Positions 1-10,746 are shown, counted from the first letter of the stretch. The stretch: DNA of 64,000 bases from Candidatus Omnitrophota bacterium (GCA_041649385.1 JBAZNG010000001.1:3427-67426), one strand, 5' to 3'. Translations and numbers: made by a program. Notes: generated by a model from the letters alone, not told the origin.

Positions 1-24
1 CTCCTTCTTAAATAAACCTTTTAG

Positions 25-435
25 TTATTTGGCAGGTTTTGGGGCTGATTTCTTTGCTTCAATCTTTTTCACCATCGCCTGGTTGCCTTTGCGCGGGCCT
101 TTTCTGCTGCGCGCGTTTGTACGCGTGCGCTGGCCCCTTGCCGGCAGGCCTTTCTTATGGCGCGTACCCCTGTATGAACCGATATCCATCAGGCGCTTGA
201 TATCCTGCGAAATGTCCCTGCGCAGGTCGCCCTCAAGCCTTAAACCTAATTTCTCAAAGGCATTGGTAATGTGCGCAATCTCTTCGTCACTTAAATCTTT
301 AGCCCTTTTATCGCCGTTTACGCCGGATTCCCTTAAAATAACCGCAGAAAGCGCATGGCCTATGCCATATAAATAGGTCAAAGCTATCTTCACTTTCTTT
401 TCTTTAGGTATATCTACACCGAGGATTCTTGGCAT
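25..435 (-). CDS. rpsM: 30S ribosomal protein S13 with short Lys/Ala-rich C-terminal tail
   Basis: ORF translation has S13 hallmarks ([23 protein letters not shown]); last gene of the spc/alpha junction. Confidence 0.93.
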   Translation of the reverse strand: MPRILGVDIPKEKKVKIALTYLYGIGHALSAVILRESGVNGDKRAKDLSDEEIAHITNAFEKLGLRLEGDLRRDISQDIKRLMDIGSYRGTRHKKGLPARGQRTRTNARSRKGPRKGNQAMVKKIEAKKSAPKPAK

Positions 436-454
436 TATTTACTCCTTAAATAAA

Positions 455-568
455 TTAACCTTGTCTTTGTTTATGCTTCTGGTTTGAGCAGATTACCCGC
501 ACAACCCCTCTTCTTTTGATCACTTTGCACTTATCGCAAATCTTACGAACGCTTGCTTTTACTTTCAT
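455..568 (-). CDS. rpmJ: 50S ribosomal protein L36 (37 aa, below the ORF-track length cutoff)
   Basis: Manual translation of minus strand gives [37 protein letters not shown], the canonical zinc-ribbon L36; sits between infA and rpsM as expected. Confidence 0.88.
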   Translation of the reverse strand: MKVKASVRKICDKCKVIKRRGVVRVICSNQKHKQRQG

Positions 569-569
569 T

Positions 570-788
570 TTATTTCACCCGAAATGTTATTCTCCCCCTG
601 GTCAGGTCATACGGAGAGAGCTCTAATTTTACTTTATCACCCGGCAGGATCCTGATGAAATTCATGCGCATCTTGCCGGAAATATGCGCCAGGACAATAT
701 GGCCATTCTCTAACTCCACCTTGAACATGGCGTTAGGCAAGGCTTCCGCGATCTTTCCTTCTGTCTCAATAAGGTCTTCTTTTGCCAT
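570..788 (-). CDS. infA: translation initiation factor IF-1
   Basis: 72 aa, S1-like OB fold sequence [13 protein letters not shown]... Confidence 0.93.
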   Translation of the reverse strand: MAKEDLIETEGKIAEALPNAMFKVELENGHIVLAHISGKMRMNFIRILPGDKVKLELSPYDLTRGRITFRVK

Positions 789-789
789 A

Positions 790-1533
790 TTATTTGCTTA
801 AAACCACCGGGCCTTTATCGGTAATTGCCACAGTATGCTCAAAATGCGCCGAGGCAAGCCCGTCTTTTGCCACAGCTGTCCAGCCGTTCTCGGTAATCTC
901 AGACTCCCATCCACCTAGATTTATCATTGGCTCAATTGCCAGGACCATCCCGTTTTTCAGTAGTGCGCCGCATCCGGCTGGGCCAAAATTAGGCACTTCC
1001 GGTTCTTCATGCAAGGCCCTGCCAATGCCGTGCCCGACAAATTGCCGGACAACTGAAAAACCAGCCTGCTCCACAAAAACTTGTATGCTATGAGAAATAT
1101 CAGTCAAGTGGTTACCCGGATAAGCTTTCTTTATCCCCTCATCCAGTGAAAGCCTGGCGATCTCCATGAGCTTTTTCTTTTTCTCATCGACCCGCCCGGC
1201 AGCAACCGTAACAGCGGCGTCAGAAAAATAACCCTTGTAATTAACGCCGATATCCAGGCTAACGATATCGCCATCCAGGATGACCCTCGGGCCCGGTATG
1301 CCATGCACAATCTCTTCATTTACCGAGATGCATGTACAGGCAGGAAAACCCTGGTACCCTTTAAAAGCCGGCGCAGCGTTGCTTGCCAGGATAAGCTTCT
1401 CAACCAGAGCATCGATATCACCGGTGCTTACCCCTGGACGGACCTCTTTCTTTACGCGTTTAATGATCCCGGCAAGGATCGAACCTGCCTCAGCCATTAA
1501 CTTAATCTCCTGGCTGGACTTGATCGGGATCAT
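790..1533 (-). CDS. map: methionine aminopeptidase type I
   Basis: 247 aa, MetAP metal-binding residues and pita-bread fold motifs. Confidence 0.9.
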   Translation of the reverse strand: MIPIKSSQEIKLMAEAGSILAGIIKRVKKEVRPGVSTGDIDALVEKLILASNAAPAFKGYQGFPACTCISVNEEIVHGIPGPRVILDGDIVSLDIGVNYKGYFSDAAVTVAAGRVDEKKKKLMEIARLSLDEGIKKAYPGNHLTDISHSIQVFVEQAGFSVVRQFVGHGIGRALHEEPEVPNFGPAGCGALLKNGMVLAIEPMINLGGWESEITENGWTAVAKDGLASAHFEHTVAITDKGPVVLSK

Positions 1534-2180
1534 TTTAAGGCTCTGCTTAAATCAATAATCTCTTTAAGAACGATTTGCGGATCAAGGTCCGCGGCTAATC
1601 TATGTAATTTTTCCTGCTTCTTATAAAACTCAATCAAGGAAGAAACTTCCTGCTTATAGACTTCCAGGCGTTTTCTTACCGTGGCTTCCACATCATCAGT
1701 TCGTTGATACAAAGAACCACCGCAATTATCACAGATACCTTTCTGTTTAGGAGGCATATTCGTGATATGGAAATTTGCCCCGCATTTTGAGCAGACCAGC
1801 CTGCCGGTAAGCCGCTTGATGATTACCTCATCGCTAGTGTCCAGGTAAATAACCAGGTCAACAGCAATCTTCTTCTTGCTTAAAATATCATCGAGCATGC
1901 CGGCTTGCGCAAGCGTCCTGGGATAACCATCAAGTATAAAACCTTTTTTGATATCCGCGTTATTGAAACGCTCATCGAGCATGCCGGCAACCAGCGCATC
2001 CGGCACAAGCAGCCCTTTATCCATAATGCCTTTAGCCTGTTTTCCAAGCTCGCTATTAGCCGTAACATTCTGCCTCAAGATATCGCCGGTAGAAACATGC
2101 GGCAACTGCAACGCTTTAGCCAGCCTCACCGCCTGCGTGCCTTTTCCTGCCCCCGGAGGGCCCAATAACACAATATACAT
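1530..2180 (-). CDS. adk: adenylate kinase (zinc-lid type, CxxC...CxxC)
   Basis: P-loop GPPGAGKGTQ, lid CSKCG...CDNCG. Confidence 0.93.
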   Translation of the reverse strand: MYIVLLGPPGAGKGTQAVRLAKALQLPHVSTGDILRQNVTANSELGKQAKGIMDKGLLVPDALVAGMLDERFNNADIKKGFILDGYPRTLAQAGMLDDILSKKKIAVDLVIYLDTSDEVIIKRLTGRLVCSKCGANFHITNMPPKQKGICDNCGGSLYQRTDDVEATVRKRLEVYKQEVSSLIEFYKKQEKLHRLAADLDPQIVLKEIIDLSRALK

Positions 2181-3526
2181 TATCTTCTTCCCCTGATATG
2201 GCCGGACTTTATGAAACCTTCATAGTGGTGCGTCAATAAATGTGATTCTATCTGCTTTAATGTATCCAGCATGACCCCGACAATGATCAGGATGCCGGTG
2301 CCGCCGAAGAACGAAGCGACCAGATACGGCACTTTCAGCCAGGCCATGATAAAATCCGGAAAAATAGCGATGATCGCGATAAAAGTAGCTCCGGCTAAAG
2401 TGATCCGCGTCATCACGAAATCCAGAAACTCTGCCGTGGATACTCCCGGCCTTATCCCCGGGATGAACCCGCCGTATTTTTTCATATTCTCGGAAAGGTC
2501 ATTCGGGTTAAAAACTATCGCGGTATAGAAATAACAAAAGAAAATTATCAAAAGAGCATAAACTGCTGTATAAAGCAAATGCCCACGGATCAAACCCTGC
2601 GCCAGGCGTTGAAACCCGGGATTAGGGATAAATGATGCCAAAGTCGCCGGAAAAAGGATGATCGACTGCGCGAAGATGATCGCGATAACGCCCGACGTGT
2701 CAACTTTCAAGGGGATATACGTGCTTTGCCCACCGTAGACTTTCCTGCCCACGATACGCCTGGCATACTGCACGGGGATCTTACGCACCCCCTGGGTGAT
2801 CATAATTACCGCAAAGACAACAGCAACTAAAAAGAAAGCCATGATCAACAATGTAAGCGGCTGGATCTGCCTGCGGGAGGCATCAAAAGGAGAAATCAGG
2901 ACAAAGAGCTGATGCAGCGCTGTGGGAATACGCGAAATGATACCCGCGGTGATCACCAGCGATATACCGTTGCCGATACCGCGCTCCTGGATCTGCTCGC
3001 CCAACCACATAATGAATATCGTCCCTGTGGTAAGCGTAAGCACTGTGAGTATCCTGAAACCCCAGCCTGGGTGCATCACGATCTGCAAACCTTCGAAACG
3101 CGCGGGGTCCTCAAGCCATAGCGCGATAAAATAGGATTGCACAACAGAAAGCACGACTGTTCCGTAACGCGTCAGCTGATTGATCTTTTCGTAACCGGCC
3201 TTGCCTTCCTTGGCCAGCTTTTCCAGAGCGGGGATCACCGCCGTTAACAACTGCATGATGATGGAACTTGATATATAAGGCATGATCCCCAGGGCGAATA
3301 TGGTAAGGCGTTCCATGGCGCCGCCGGAAAACATATTAATTATGCCAAAGAGCGTACCGCCTTGCGTTTTAGCAATACGGTTAAAGAAATCCGCCAGAGC
3401 TACGCCGTCGATCCCAGGTATGGGTATATAGCAACCTACCCGGTAAACAGCAATCAGCGCACCCGTGATCAACAACCTGCGCTTTAGATCAGGGATTTTA
3501 AATGAATTGACTAAAGCACTAAACAT
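2180..3526 (-). CDS. secY: preprotein translocase subunit SecY
   Basis: 448 aa polytopic membrane protein, conserved SecY motifs; between rplO and adk. Confidence 0.93.
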   Translation of the reverse strand: MFSALVNSFKIPDLKRRLLITGALIAVYRVGCYIPIPGIDGVALADFFNRIAKTQGGTLFGIINMFSGGAMERLTIFALGIMPYISSSIIMQLLTAVIPALEKLAKEGKAGYEKINQLTRYGTVVLSVVQSYFIALWLEDPARFEGLQIVMHPGWGFRILTVLTLTTGTIFIMWLGEQIQERGIGNGISLVITAGIISRIPTALHQLFVLISPFDASRRQIQPLTLLIMAFFLVAVVFAVIMITQGVRKIPVQYARRIVGRKVYGGQSTYIPLKVDTSGVIAIIFAQSIILFPATLASFIPNPGFQRLAQGLIRGHLLYTAVYALLIIFFCYFYTAIVFNPNDLSENMKKYGGFIPGIRPGVSTAEFLDFVMTRITLAGATFIAIIAIFPDFIMAWLKVPYLVASFFGGTGILIIVGVMLDTLKQIESHLLTHHYEGFIKSGHIRGRR

Positions 3527-4091
3527 TTAGGATTTGGACCTTACCACCGGCATTAGCTATTTCGGTCGCTGCGCGTTTTGAAAAAGCATGGGCCAGGATA
3601 GTAACAGGATTCTTTATACTGCCATTTCCCAGGATCTTGACTAATTTTGCCTCATCGCGGATCAATCCGTTTTTTTTCAAAACTTCCGGGGTAATCGTGC
3701 TTTCTTTAATTTTATTCAATAATTCCAGGTTAACCACCTGATAAACTTTCCTGAAATTGCTTACAAAACCACGTTTAGGCATTTTGCGGATCAAAGGCGA
3801 CTGCCCGCCTTCAAATCCCAGATAGAAATGCCTTCCAGCGCGCGAGGTCTGGCCTTTGCTTCCACGCGTAGAGGTTTTACCATGCCCGGAACTGGGGCCG
3901 CGGCCAAGATATTTACGTTTCTTATGCGCTCCATAAGGAGCCTTGATCTTATGTAAAGCTACCCCTTTATTATCATCCTTGATTTGCGCAACAATAGGGG
4001 CGGGCTTCTTAACAACTTTTACCTTTGCAACCGGCTTCTTGACCGCCGGCTTACTTTCTGCTTTAGTCGTCTTAGGGTTTTTTTCTTTCAT
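3519..4091 (-). CDS. rplO: 50S ribosomal protein L15 with about 40 aa Lys-rich N-terminal extension
   Basis: L15 core (KRKYLGRGPSSGHGKTSTRG); no L30 gene precedes it. Confidence 0.88.
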   Translation of the reverse strand: MKEKNPKTTKAESKPAVKKPVAKVKVVKKPAPIVAQIKDDNKGVALHKIKAPYGAHKKRKYLGRGPSSGHGKTSTRGSKGQTSRAGRHFYLGFEGGQSPLIRKMPKRGFVSNFRKVYQVVNLELLNKIKESTITPEVLKKNGLIRDEAKLVKILGNGSIKNPVTILAHAFSKRAATEIANAGGKVQILNV

Positions 4092-4094
4092 CTT

Positions 4095-4547
4095 TTAAGC
4101 CTTAAGGCTTTTTAAGCCTTGAACAGTAGCTTTAATTACGTTAATAGGGTTATTGGATTTAAGGCACTTGGTAAGGATATCTTTGATGCCGGCGGCTTCA
4201 CAGACCGCGCGCACAGGGCCGGCGGCAATAACACCCGTACCTTCAGAAGCCGGCTTAAGCATGACTTTGGCCGCGCCAAAGTGCCCGATAACCTCATGCG
4301 GTATAGTAGCGCCTTCCAGAGTGACTCTAAAAATATTCTTCTTGGCTTTGGTTAAAGACTTTCTGATCGCGTCGGCAACTTCATTGGCTTTATCCAAAGC
4401 AAAACCAACCCTGCCCTTTGTATCGCCGACAACAACCAGGGCGCTAAAATGCAGTTTTTTGCCGCCTTTAGTTACTTTAGTAACACGGTTAATGGAAATG
4501 ACTTTTTCGATCAGGTCTGACTGTTTCTCAACATTGAATTCACGCAT
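4095..4547 (-). CDS. rpsE: 30S ribosomal protein S5
   Basis: 150 aa, S5 dsRBD and C-terminal domain motifs. Confidence 0.93.
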   Translation of the reverse strand: MREFNVEKQSDLIEKVISINRVTKVTKGGKKLHFSALVVVGDTKGRVGFALDKANEVADAIRKSLTKAKKNIFRVTLEGATIPHEVIGHFGAAKVMLKPASEGTGVIAAGPVRAVCEAAGIKDILTKCLKSNNPINVIKATVQGLKSLKA

Positions 4548-4550
4548 ATT

Positions 4551-4940
4551 TTAAAACTCCAATCCACCTTTTCTTAATGAATCAGCAAATGCTTTGATGC
4601 GGCCGTGGTATAAGTAACCGGCCCGGTCAAAGATAACTTTGCTAAAACCTTTTTCTTTAGCGGCTTTGGCAAAAAGCTCGCCGAAGATCTCCGATGATTT
4701 TACGTTGCCTGCCTTGGTAAACTTCTGCTTTGTCGCTTTGTCGTTGGTAGACAGAGAAAACAGGACTTTCCCGGTTGCATCGTCAATAACCTGCCCGGAG
4801 ATGTTCTTCAGGCTGCGGTGCACGACTAAACGGGGCTTGCTTTCAGTGCCGAACATCTTCTTCTTTAACCTGGAATGCCTTTTAGACCTGGATTCTTCTT
4901 TACTTTTCATTTTACTTTCCTGTTGCTTTAGCTTTTCCAA
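4551..4940 (-). CDS. rplR: 50S ribosomal protein L18 (N-terminal basic extension)
   Basis: 129 aa, L18 core GQVIDD...LYHGRIKA. Confidence 0.9.
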   Translation of the reverse strand: MEKLKQQESKMKSKEESRSKRHSRLKKKMFGTESKPRLVVHRSLKNISGQVIDDATGKVLFSLSTNDKATKQKFTKAGNVKSSEIFGELFAKAAKEKGFSKVIFDRAGYLYHGRIKAFADSLRKGGLEF

Positions 4941-5457
4941 CCTTCTTCTTCACATGTTCACCGAGAAAACGTATGCCTTTGCCTTTATAAGGCTCGGGTG
5001 GATAAATATCGTGTATCTCGCTGGCTATCTTGCCGACCAGCTCTTTATCGATACCGCGGATGATCACCTGCGTCGGTTTAGGCGTTTCCATCTTGATCCC
5101 ATCGGGAATATTGACATTTACAGGATGCGAAAAACCTAAAGCCATATTCAGCACCTTCCCCTGCACAGCCGCGCGGAAACCTACGCCCTGTATTTCAAGC
5201 TCCTTGACATAGCCTTCGTTGACGCCTTTAACCATATTCAGGATCAGCGCGCGGTATAGCCCGTGAAAAGCCCTGTCCATTTTGGTATTGGCTACGCGCT
5301 TTACAAAAAGCTGTCCGTCCTTTATCTCAACAGTTATCCTGTCGGAAAGTTTACGGTTAAGTTTACCGTTCTTGCCTTCCACGAAGATAACGCCGTCTTT
5401 AACCTCAACTTTTACTTCTTTCGGTATGGCTACCGCTTTCTGCCCTATTCTAGACAT
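4912..5457 (-). CDS. rplF: 50S ribosomal protein L6
   Basis: 181 aa, two L6 alpha/beta repeats. Confidence 0.92.
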   Translation of the reverse strand: MSRIGQKAVAIPKEVKVEVKDGVIFVEGKNGKLNRKLSDRITVEIKDGQLFVKRVANTKMDRAFHGLYRALILNMVKGVNEGYVKELEIQGVGFRAAVQGKVLNMALGFSHPVNVNIPDGIKMETPKPTQVIIRGIDKELVGKIASEIHDIYPPEPYKGKGIRFLGEHVKKKVGKAKATGK

Positions 5458-5476
5458 TTTTAAATATATCCTTGTT

Positions 5477-5872
5477 TTACCAAACGTATCCGATTACTTC
5501 GCCGCCTAAACTAAGTTCCCTGGCATCCTTATCCGTAAGTATACCCTTGGAAGTCGAGATGATCGCCAGGCCCCTGCCGCGTAAAACAGAAGGAATTTTC
5601 TTTTTTGTGACATAGACCCTCAAACCGGGTTTGGAGATCCTTTTAATATTGCGCATCGCCGGTTTGCCAGCCAGATACTTAAGGTAGACCCTGGCTAAAC
5701 CCTGCTTCTTATCTTCAATCATCTTAAAATTATCGATATATTCGTATTTCTTGAGGATATCCAGGATAGACCTGATATTGTTGGAAGCCGGCACATCCAC
5801 GGTATCCCGTTTAACAATTACCGCGTTGCGTATGATCGTAAAAACATCTGCAATTAAATCCGTTCTTGACAT
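5477..5872 (-). CDS. rpsH: 30S ribosomal protein S8
   Basis: 131 aa S8 family. Confidence 0.93.
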   Translation of the reverse strand: MSRTDLIADVFTIIRNAVIVKRDTVDVPASNNIRSILDILKKYEYIDNFKMIEDKKQGLARVYLKYLAGKPAMRNIKRISKPGLRVYVTKKKIPSVLRGRGLAIISTSKGILTDKDARELSLGGEVIGYVW

Positions 5873-5888
5873 TTAACCCCCGTTTTTT

Positions 5889-6074
5889 CTACCAGCTAGC
5901 CTTCTTAACTCCCGGAATAAGCCCCTGCCAAACCAGTTCCCTGAAACATATACGGCAAAGTTTGAACCTTCTTAAATACCCACCGCTCCTGCCGCAAATG
6001 GAACAACGGTTATATTTACGTGTTGAGAATTTTGCCGGCCTTTTCCATCTCGCTATCTGTGAATTCTTTGCCAT
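5889..6074 (-). CDS. rpsZ: 30S ribosomal protein S14 type Z (zinc-binding, 61 aa)
   Basis: CSICGRSGG...CRIC tetra-Cys motif, short-form S14. Confidence 0.92.
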   Translation of the reverse strand: MAKNSQIARWKRPAKFSTRKYNRCSICGRSGGYLRRFKLCRICFRELVWQGLIPGVKKASW

Positions 6075-6138
6075 TTTTCCTTTTCCTTATCCTTTCCCGC
6101 TCTGCCTATTCATTCTCAAGCGGGATCCCGTCTATTTT

Positions 6139-6693
6139 TTATTCATCCTGGCGGGAAAAAGGCATACCGAAATATTTTAACAATAGCTTCGCCTCTTCCT
6201 TGTTTCTTACGTTCTTGATCACAAAAGTTATATCCATACCCTGGGGGCGGCTGATCCGGTCATAATCAATCTCCGGAAATATTCCTTGTTCGCTTAAACC
6301 CAGACTGTAGTTGCCGGCCTGATCGAAAGAATTTACTGAAACGCCGCGGAAATCGCGTAAACGCGGTAAAGCGACATTAATCAAGCGGTCCATAAACTCA
6401 TACATCATCGCCTTGCGCAAAGTCACCTTGGCGCCGACAGCCTGCCCCTGTTTGGTCTTAAAATTAGCGATAGCTTTTTTCGTCCTGCGGATGATCGGCT
6501 TTTGGCCGGTGATCGCCGCTAACTCCTCAATGGCCTTTTCTAAGATCTTAACATCAGCAATAGCCTCTCCTACGCCCATATTTACCACTATCTTATCCAC
6601 GCGCGGTAAAGCTAACTTGTTTTTTAGCTTAAGGTCCTGCATCAATTTGGCGCTTATCTCATTACGGTATTTTTCTAATAATCTTGGTATCAT
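6139..6693 (-). CDS. rplE: 50S ribosomal protein L5
   Basis: 184 aa L5 family. Confidence 0.93.
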   Translation of the reverse strand: MIPRLLEKYRNEISAKLMQDLKLKNKLALPRVDKIVVNMGVGEAIADVKILEKAIEELAAITGQKPIIRRTKKAIANFKTKQGQAVGAKVTLRKAMMYEFMDRLINVALPRLRDFRGVSVNSFDQAGNYSLGLSEQGIFPEIDYDRISRPQGMDITFVIKNVRNKEEAKLLLKYFGMPFSRQDE

Positions 6694-6715
6694 TTTTTCC
6701 CTTATTCTTAATCCT

Positions 6716-6772
6716 GGGTTTTAGGTGTTAGGTTCTCCCTACATTCTACCTACTACCTACTAACTACCCTAA
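6716..6772. repeat. CTAC-rich intergenic repeat, copy 1 (AGGTKYT heptads + CCCTACATTCTACCTACTACCTACTAACTACCC)
   Basis: Seen directly; fills the 82 bp rplX-rplE spacer inside the spc operon. Confidence 0.85.
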
Positions 6773-6775
6773 TAT

Positions 6776-7087
6776 TTATATGATCTCTTTGCAGGCTTTG
6801 CAGAACCTGCTTTTTTCGCCTTCTTTACTTGTCTTTATCCCCACCCGCACAGCTTTATTGCAAGCCTTGCATACAAGCATAAGATTGGAAATACTAATCG
6901 GCATTTCTATGGAAATGATGCCGCCTTTTTTATCCTGGCTGGTCTGGCGCTTATGTTTCTTGGCAAGATTCAAACCTTCCACGATCACTCGCGAGCCGTC
7001 TTCAATAAGGCTGATCACTTTACCTTTCTTGCCTCTATCCTTGCCTTTAGTTACCTGCACTATGTCGTTCTTCTTAATCTTTTGCAT
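6776..7087 (-). CDS. rplX: 50S ribosomal protein L24
   Basis: 103 aa KOW domain protein. Confidence 0.92.
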   Translation of the reverse strand: MQKIKKNDIVQVTKGKDRGKKGKVISLIEDGSRVIVEGLNLAKKHKRQTSQDKKGGIISIEMPISISNLMLVCKACNKAVRVGIKTSKEGEKSRFCKACKEII

Positions 7088-7455
7088 TAAATTACCTCGG
7101 GAGCTAAAGAGATGATCTTGGTAAATTTCTTATCCCTTAATTCGCGTGCGACAGGCCCGAATACGCGCGTACCGCGGGGATTGAATTTATCGTCAATAAT
7201 GACAACAGCGTTACGGTCAAACCTTAAGACCGTGCCGTCCTTCCTTCTGATCGGATGCTTTGAACGCACGATCACCGCTTTGGCCACTTCGCCTTTCTTC
7301 ACCGCTGCATTAGGGTAGGCTTCTTTGATATTAACATTGATCACATCCCCAATGTTAGCGATAGGCTTGCCTTTCTGGAATAACACGCCAATCATGGCGG
7401 CCTTGCGGGCACCGGTATTATCAGCAACATCCAGGATACTGCGCAATTGGATCAT
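7087..7455 (-). CDS. rplN: 50S ribosomal protein L14
   Basis: 122 aa, highly conserved L14. Confidence 0.95.
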   Translation of the reverse strand: MIQLRSILDVADNTGARKAAMIGVLFQKGKPIANIGDVINVNIKEAYPNAAVKKGEVAKAVIVRSKHPIRRKDGTVLRFDRNAVVIIDDKFNPRGTRVFGPVARELRDKKFTKIISLAPEVI

Positions 7456-7737
7456 TTAAACCGCCTCCTCTTTCAAGGCAACGTGCATGGTTTGCGCTTT
7501 CTTGATTATTGCCTTAAGGATAAAACGCTTGTCTTTTGACAAAGGCCGGGTTTCTACGATCGTCACTGTATCGCCGATCTTAGCTAAACCCTTTTCGTCA
7601 TGCGCCTTAAATTTATTGAAACGTTTGGCCACTTTGCCGTATTTGGGGTGCTTGGCCAGATGCATGATCTTGACTACGATGGTTTTCTGCATCTTGTCGC
7701 TTGTCACAATACCGGTAAACTCTTTTCTATTGCCCAT
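7456..7737 (-). CDS. rpsQ: 30S ribosomal protein S17
   Basis: 93 aa OB-fold S17. Confidence 0.92.
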   Translation of the reverse strand: MGNRKEFTGIVTSDKMQKTIVVKIMHLAKHPKYGKVAKRFNKFKAHDEKGLAKIGDTVTIVETRPLSKDKRFILKAIIKKAQTMHVALKEEAV

Positions 7738-7738
7738 T

Positions 7739-7930
7739 TTATTTATCTTTCTTCTCGTTAAGCAGCGTATTTATCCGCGCGATATCTTTCTTGATCAACG
7801 AAAATCTATGCGGTTTTTCCACGCTGCCGGCATAACGCTGCATGTTCAGCTTGGATAACTCATCTAATAAACTTTTCTCTTTTAACAAAAGGTCTTCTTT
7901 GGATAAATTGCGCAATTCCTGTGTCTTCAT
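7739..7930 (-). CDS. rpmC: 50S ribosomal protein L29
   Basis: 63 aa helical L29. Confidence 0.9.
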   Translation of the reverse strand: MKTQELRNLSKEDLLLKEKSLLDELSKLNMQRYAGSVEKPHRFSLIKKDIARINTLLNEKKDK

Positions 7931-7931
7931 A

Positions 7932-8348
7932 TTATTTATGCACCCTGGTTACGAATTTTGTCCTTAAAGGCAGTTTGTATGCCGCCAGGCGGAAACATGC
8001 CTTGGCATACTCTTGCGGTACGCCGCCTAATTCAAAAAGTATGCGGCCCCTTTTAACTACCGCCACCCAATGATCGAGGTCGCCTTTTCCTTTACCCATA
8101 CGGACTTCTGCCGGTTTCTTGGTGATGGATTTATCCGGGAAAACCCTGATCCAGAGCTTGCCGCCTTTATGCAGCTGGCGGGCCAGGATCACACGCACAG
8201 CTTCAATCTGCGTATTTTTAAGCCAACCGTTATCCAGGGATTTAAGGGCAAATTCGCCAAAAGACACATGCGTGCCTGTCGTAGCTATTCCCCTTCTCTG
8301 GCCTTTCTGCAACTTACGGTATTTTACCCTCTTGGGCATTAAAACCAT
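7932..8348 (-). CDS. rplP: 50S ribosomal protein L16
   Basis: 138 aa L16/L10e family. Confidence 0.94.
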   Translation of the reverse strand: MVLMPKRVKYRKLQKGQRRGIATTGTHVSFGEFALKSLDNGWLKNTQIEAVRVILARQLHKGGKLWIRVFPDKSITKKPAEVRMGKGKGDLDHWVAVVKRGRILFELGGVPQEYAKACFRLAAYKLPLRTKFVTRVHK

Positions 8349-8349
8349 T

Positions 8350-9078
8350 TTAGTTCGCTCCTTGGTTACCGGCGCTTACTGGCGGTGACCTTCGCGCATC
8401 TCTTTTCTGCTGGTCTGTCGCCGGCTTTGTATCTTCCTGGGCAAGCTCTTTGCCGAGGATATCGCCTTTATAGATCCAAACTTTTACCCCAATCAAACCA
8501 TAAGTGGTGAGCGCTTCGGCAAAACCATAATCAATATCCGCGCGTAAAGTCTGTAAAGGCACCTTGCCCACTTTATAAGTTTCTGTGCGCGACATCTCCG
8601 CACCGTTAAGGCGGCCGGAACATTTAACGCGGATACCTTTTACCCCCGAGGTCACCGACTGCTCCATAGCCCTTTTTACGGCCCTGCGGAAAGCCACGCG
8701 TTTTTCCTGCTGCATGGCGATATTTTCTGCGACTAACTGCGCATCCCATGTCGGACGGTTGATCTCTTCTATGTCTATGGATATTTCATTTTTTACCAGG
8801 CTGTTCAAGTCCGCGCGCAGGCGTTCAATATCAGAACCATGCCTGCCGATGATAAGCCCCGGGCGGGCTGAAAAGATACGCACCCGGATCCGCTGCGCAA
8901 GCCTTTCAATGACAACCTTGGAGATCGCCGCCTGCTTGAATCTGGACTTGATGAATTTCCGGATCTTATAATCCTGCTGGATAAACAAAGGAAAATCCTT
9001 AGCCCCGGCGAACCAGCGGCTATGCCATTGTTTTATAAAACCGATCCTTAATATTAACGGGTTTACCTTATGTCCCAT
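8350..9078 (-). CDS. rpsC: 30S ribosomal protein S3 (C-terminal charged extension)
   Basis: 242 aa, KH domain + S3 C-terminal domain. Confidence 0.93.
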   Translation of the reverse strand: MGHKVNPLILRIGFIKQWHSRWFAGAKDFPLFIQQDYKIRKFIKSRFKQAAISKVVIERLAQRIRVRIFSARPGLIIGRHGSDIERLRADLNSLVKNEISIDIEEINRPTWDAQLVAENIAMQQEKRVAFRRAVKRAMEQSVTSGVKGIRVKCSGRLNGAEMSRTETYKVGKVPLQTLRADIDYGFAEALTTYGLIGVKVWIYKGDILGKELAQEDTKPATDQQKRDARRSPPVSAGNQGAN

Positions 9079-9184
9079 GAAGTTATTCTCCTTATCTACC
9101 TTGATAACACCCGCGCAATTCTCCGACGCAAGGCGTATACCGGCCCAATTCCATTAAGGGCGGGTACTTTATCAGCGCGTGGTG

Positions 9185-9514
9185 TTACTTTAAATCTAAC
9201 TCAATCTTTATATGCGCGGTGCGCTTTACAATTGAAGCCGCGCGCCCGAACGCAGCAGCTTTAAATCTTTTCCACATCGGGCCGGGGTTGCAAACGATCT
9301 TGGAGATGTATAGTTTATCGGCTCCAAAGCCTTTTATTTTAGCATTAGCGGTTGCGGATTTCAATATTTTTATCAAATATTCTTTAGGCCTTTTATTTAA
9401 ATGCAAAAGAATCGCCTGCGCCTCTTGGACATCTTTGCCGCGGATCAAGTCCATCACCGGCCGTACCTTGCTTGGTGAGATCCTTAAAAATTTACCTTCT
9501 GCCTTTGAAATCAT
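9185..9514 (-). CDS. rplV: 50S ribosomal protein L22
   Basis: 109 aa L22 family. Confidence 0.92.
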   Translation of the reverse strand: MISKAEGKFLRISPSKVRPVMDLIRGKDVQEAQAILLHLNKRPKEYLIKILKSATANAKIKGFGADKLYISKIVCNPGPMWKRFKAAAFGRAASIVKRTAHIKIELDLK

Positions 9515-9515
9515 T

Positions 9516-9803
9516 TTATGTTTTCTCCAACGCTTTTTTAGCTTTCACGCCGCCATGCTTACGGAAGATCCTGGAAAGAGCAAACTCTCCTAACTTATGG
9601 CCAACCATATTCTCGGTAACAAACACCGGGATATGCCTTTTTCCATCATGCACGGCAAAAGTCAAACCCACAAAATCCGGGATGATCGTCGAACGCCTGC
9701 TCCAGGTCTTGATCGCCTGGCGGTCACCGAGCTTTTTGTGTTTTTCTACTTTTTTTAAAAGACTTTCTTCAACATAAGGGCCTTTTTTTAATGAACGTGG
9801 CAT
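9516..9803 (-). CDS. rpsS: 30S ribosomal protein S19
   Basis: 95 aa S19. Confidence 0.94.
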   Translation of the reverse strand: MPRSLKKGPYVEESLLKKVEKHKKLGDRQAIKTWSRRSTIIPDFVGLTFAVHDGKRHIPVFVTENMVGHKLGEFALSRIFRKHGGVKAKKALEKT

Positions 9804-9804
9804 A

Positions 9805-10641
9805 TTATGGTTTCCTTCTCTTTACGATAAACTTGTTAGAATACTTTTTGCGGTTACGCGTGCGGTAACCTTTCGTAGGCACGCCCCATGGCGTTACCGG
9901 ATGCGGGTTACCCTGGCCTGATTTGCCTTCGCCACCGCCGTGTGGATGGTCAAAAGGATTCATTACAACGCCCCTTACTGATGGTTTGATCCCCAGCCAC
10001 CGGCTCTTGCCCGCTTTGCCCAGGATCAATGATTCATGCTCAATGTTACCGATCTGCCCGATCGTCGCGTGGCAATCCAGGCTGACCAATCTTACTTCAC
10101 CGGAAGGCAGTTTGATATGCGCAAAATCGCCTTCTTTTGCCATGATCTGAGCGCTTGTCCCTGCGCCGCGCACGATCTGTCCGCCTTTTCCTTGAGATAT
10201 CTCAATGTTATGCACTAATGTGCCTGAAGGTATGTTGCGTAATAAAAGGCAGTTTCCGATCTTGATCTCTGTTTCCTTCTGGTTTGAAGCAATTACTTCA
10301 TCTCCCACATTCATGCCTACGGGAGCGATAATATATCTCTTTCTCTTGTCCGCATATTCAATCAGCGCGATCCTGGCTGAACGGTTCGGGTCATATTCAA
10401 TCGCCAGAACCTGTGCCGGCAACTCAACAATATTTCTCTTAAAATCAACGATCCTGAGCATGCGTTTGTGGCCGCCGCCGATATGCCTGGTGGTGATCCG
10501 GCCATGCGCGTTCCTGCCGCCTGTCTTCTTTAAGGGCAGCAACAATGACCTTTCCGGCTTACCTTTGGTGATCTCTGAAAAATCCGGCCCGCTCATGTGG
10601 CGCCTTGAAGGTGTTGTTGGTTTGAATTTTATTATACCCAT
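9805..10641 (-). CDS. rplB: 50S ribosomal protein L2
   Basis: 278 aa, L2 N- and C-terminal domains. Confidence 0.95.
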   Translation of the reverse strand: MGIIKFKPTTPSRRHMSGPDFSEITKGKPERSLLLPLKKTGGRNAHGRITTRHIGGGHKRMLRIVDFKRNIVELPAQVLAIEYDPNRSARIALIEYADKRKRYIIAPVGMNVGDEVIASNQKETEIKIGNCLLLRNIPSGTLVHNIEISQGKGGQIVRGAGTSAQIMAKEGDFAHIKLPSGEVRLVSLDCHATIGQIGNIEHESLILGKAGKSRWLGIKPSVRGVVMNPFDHPHGGGEGKSGQGNPHPVTPWGVPTKGYRTRNRKKYSNKFIVKRRKP

Positions 10642-10694
10642 TTGTTTTTTCCTTATTTGTTTTACCGCTCTTCTTTTTTCTGCTGCTGTTGCTT

Positions 10695-10746
10695 TTGTTT
10701 TTGTTTTTCCCTACATTCTACCTACTACCTACTATCTATTATCTAC
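10695..10746. repeat. CTAC-rich intergenic repeat, copy 2; its terminal CTA supplies the rplW TAG stop
   Basis: ccctacattctacctactacctactatctattatctac between rplW and rplB. Confidence 0.85.
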
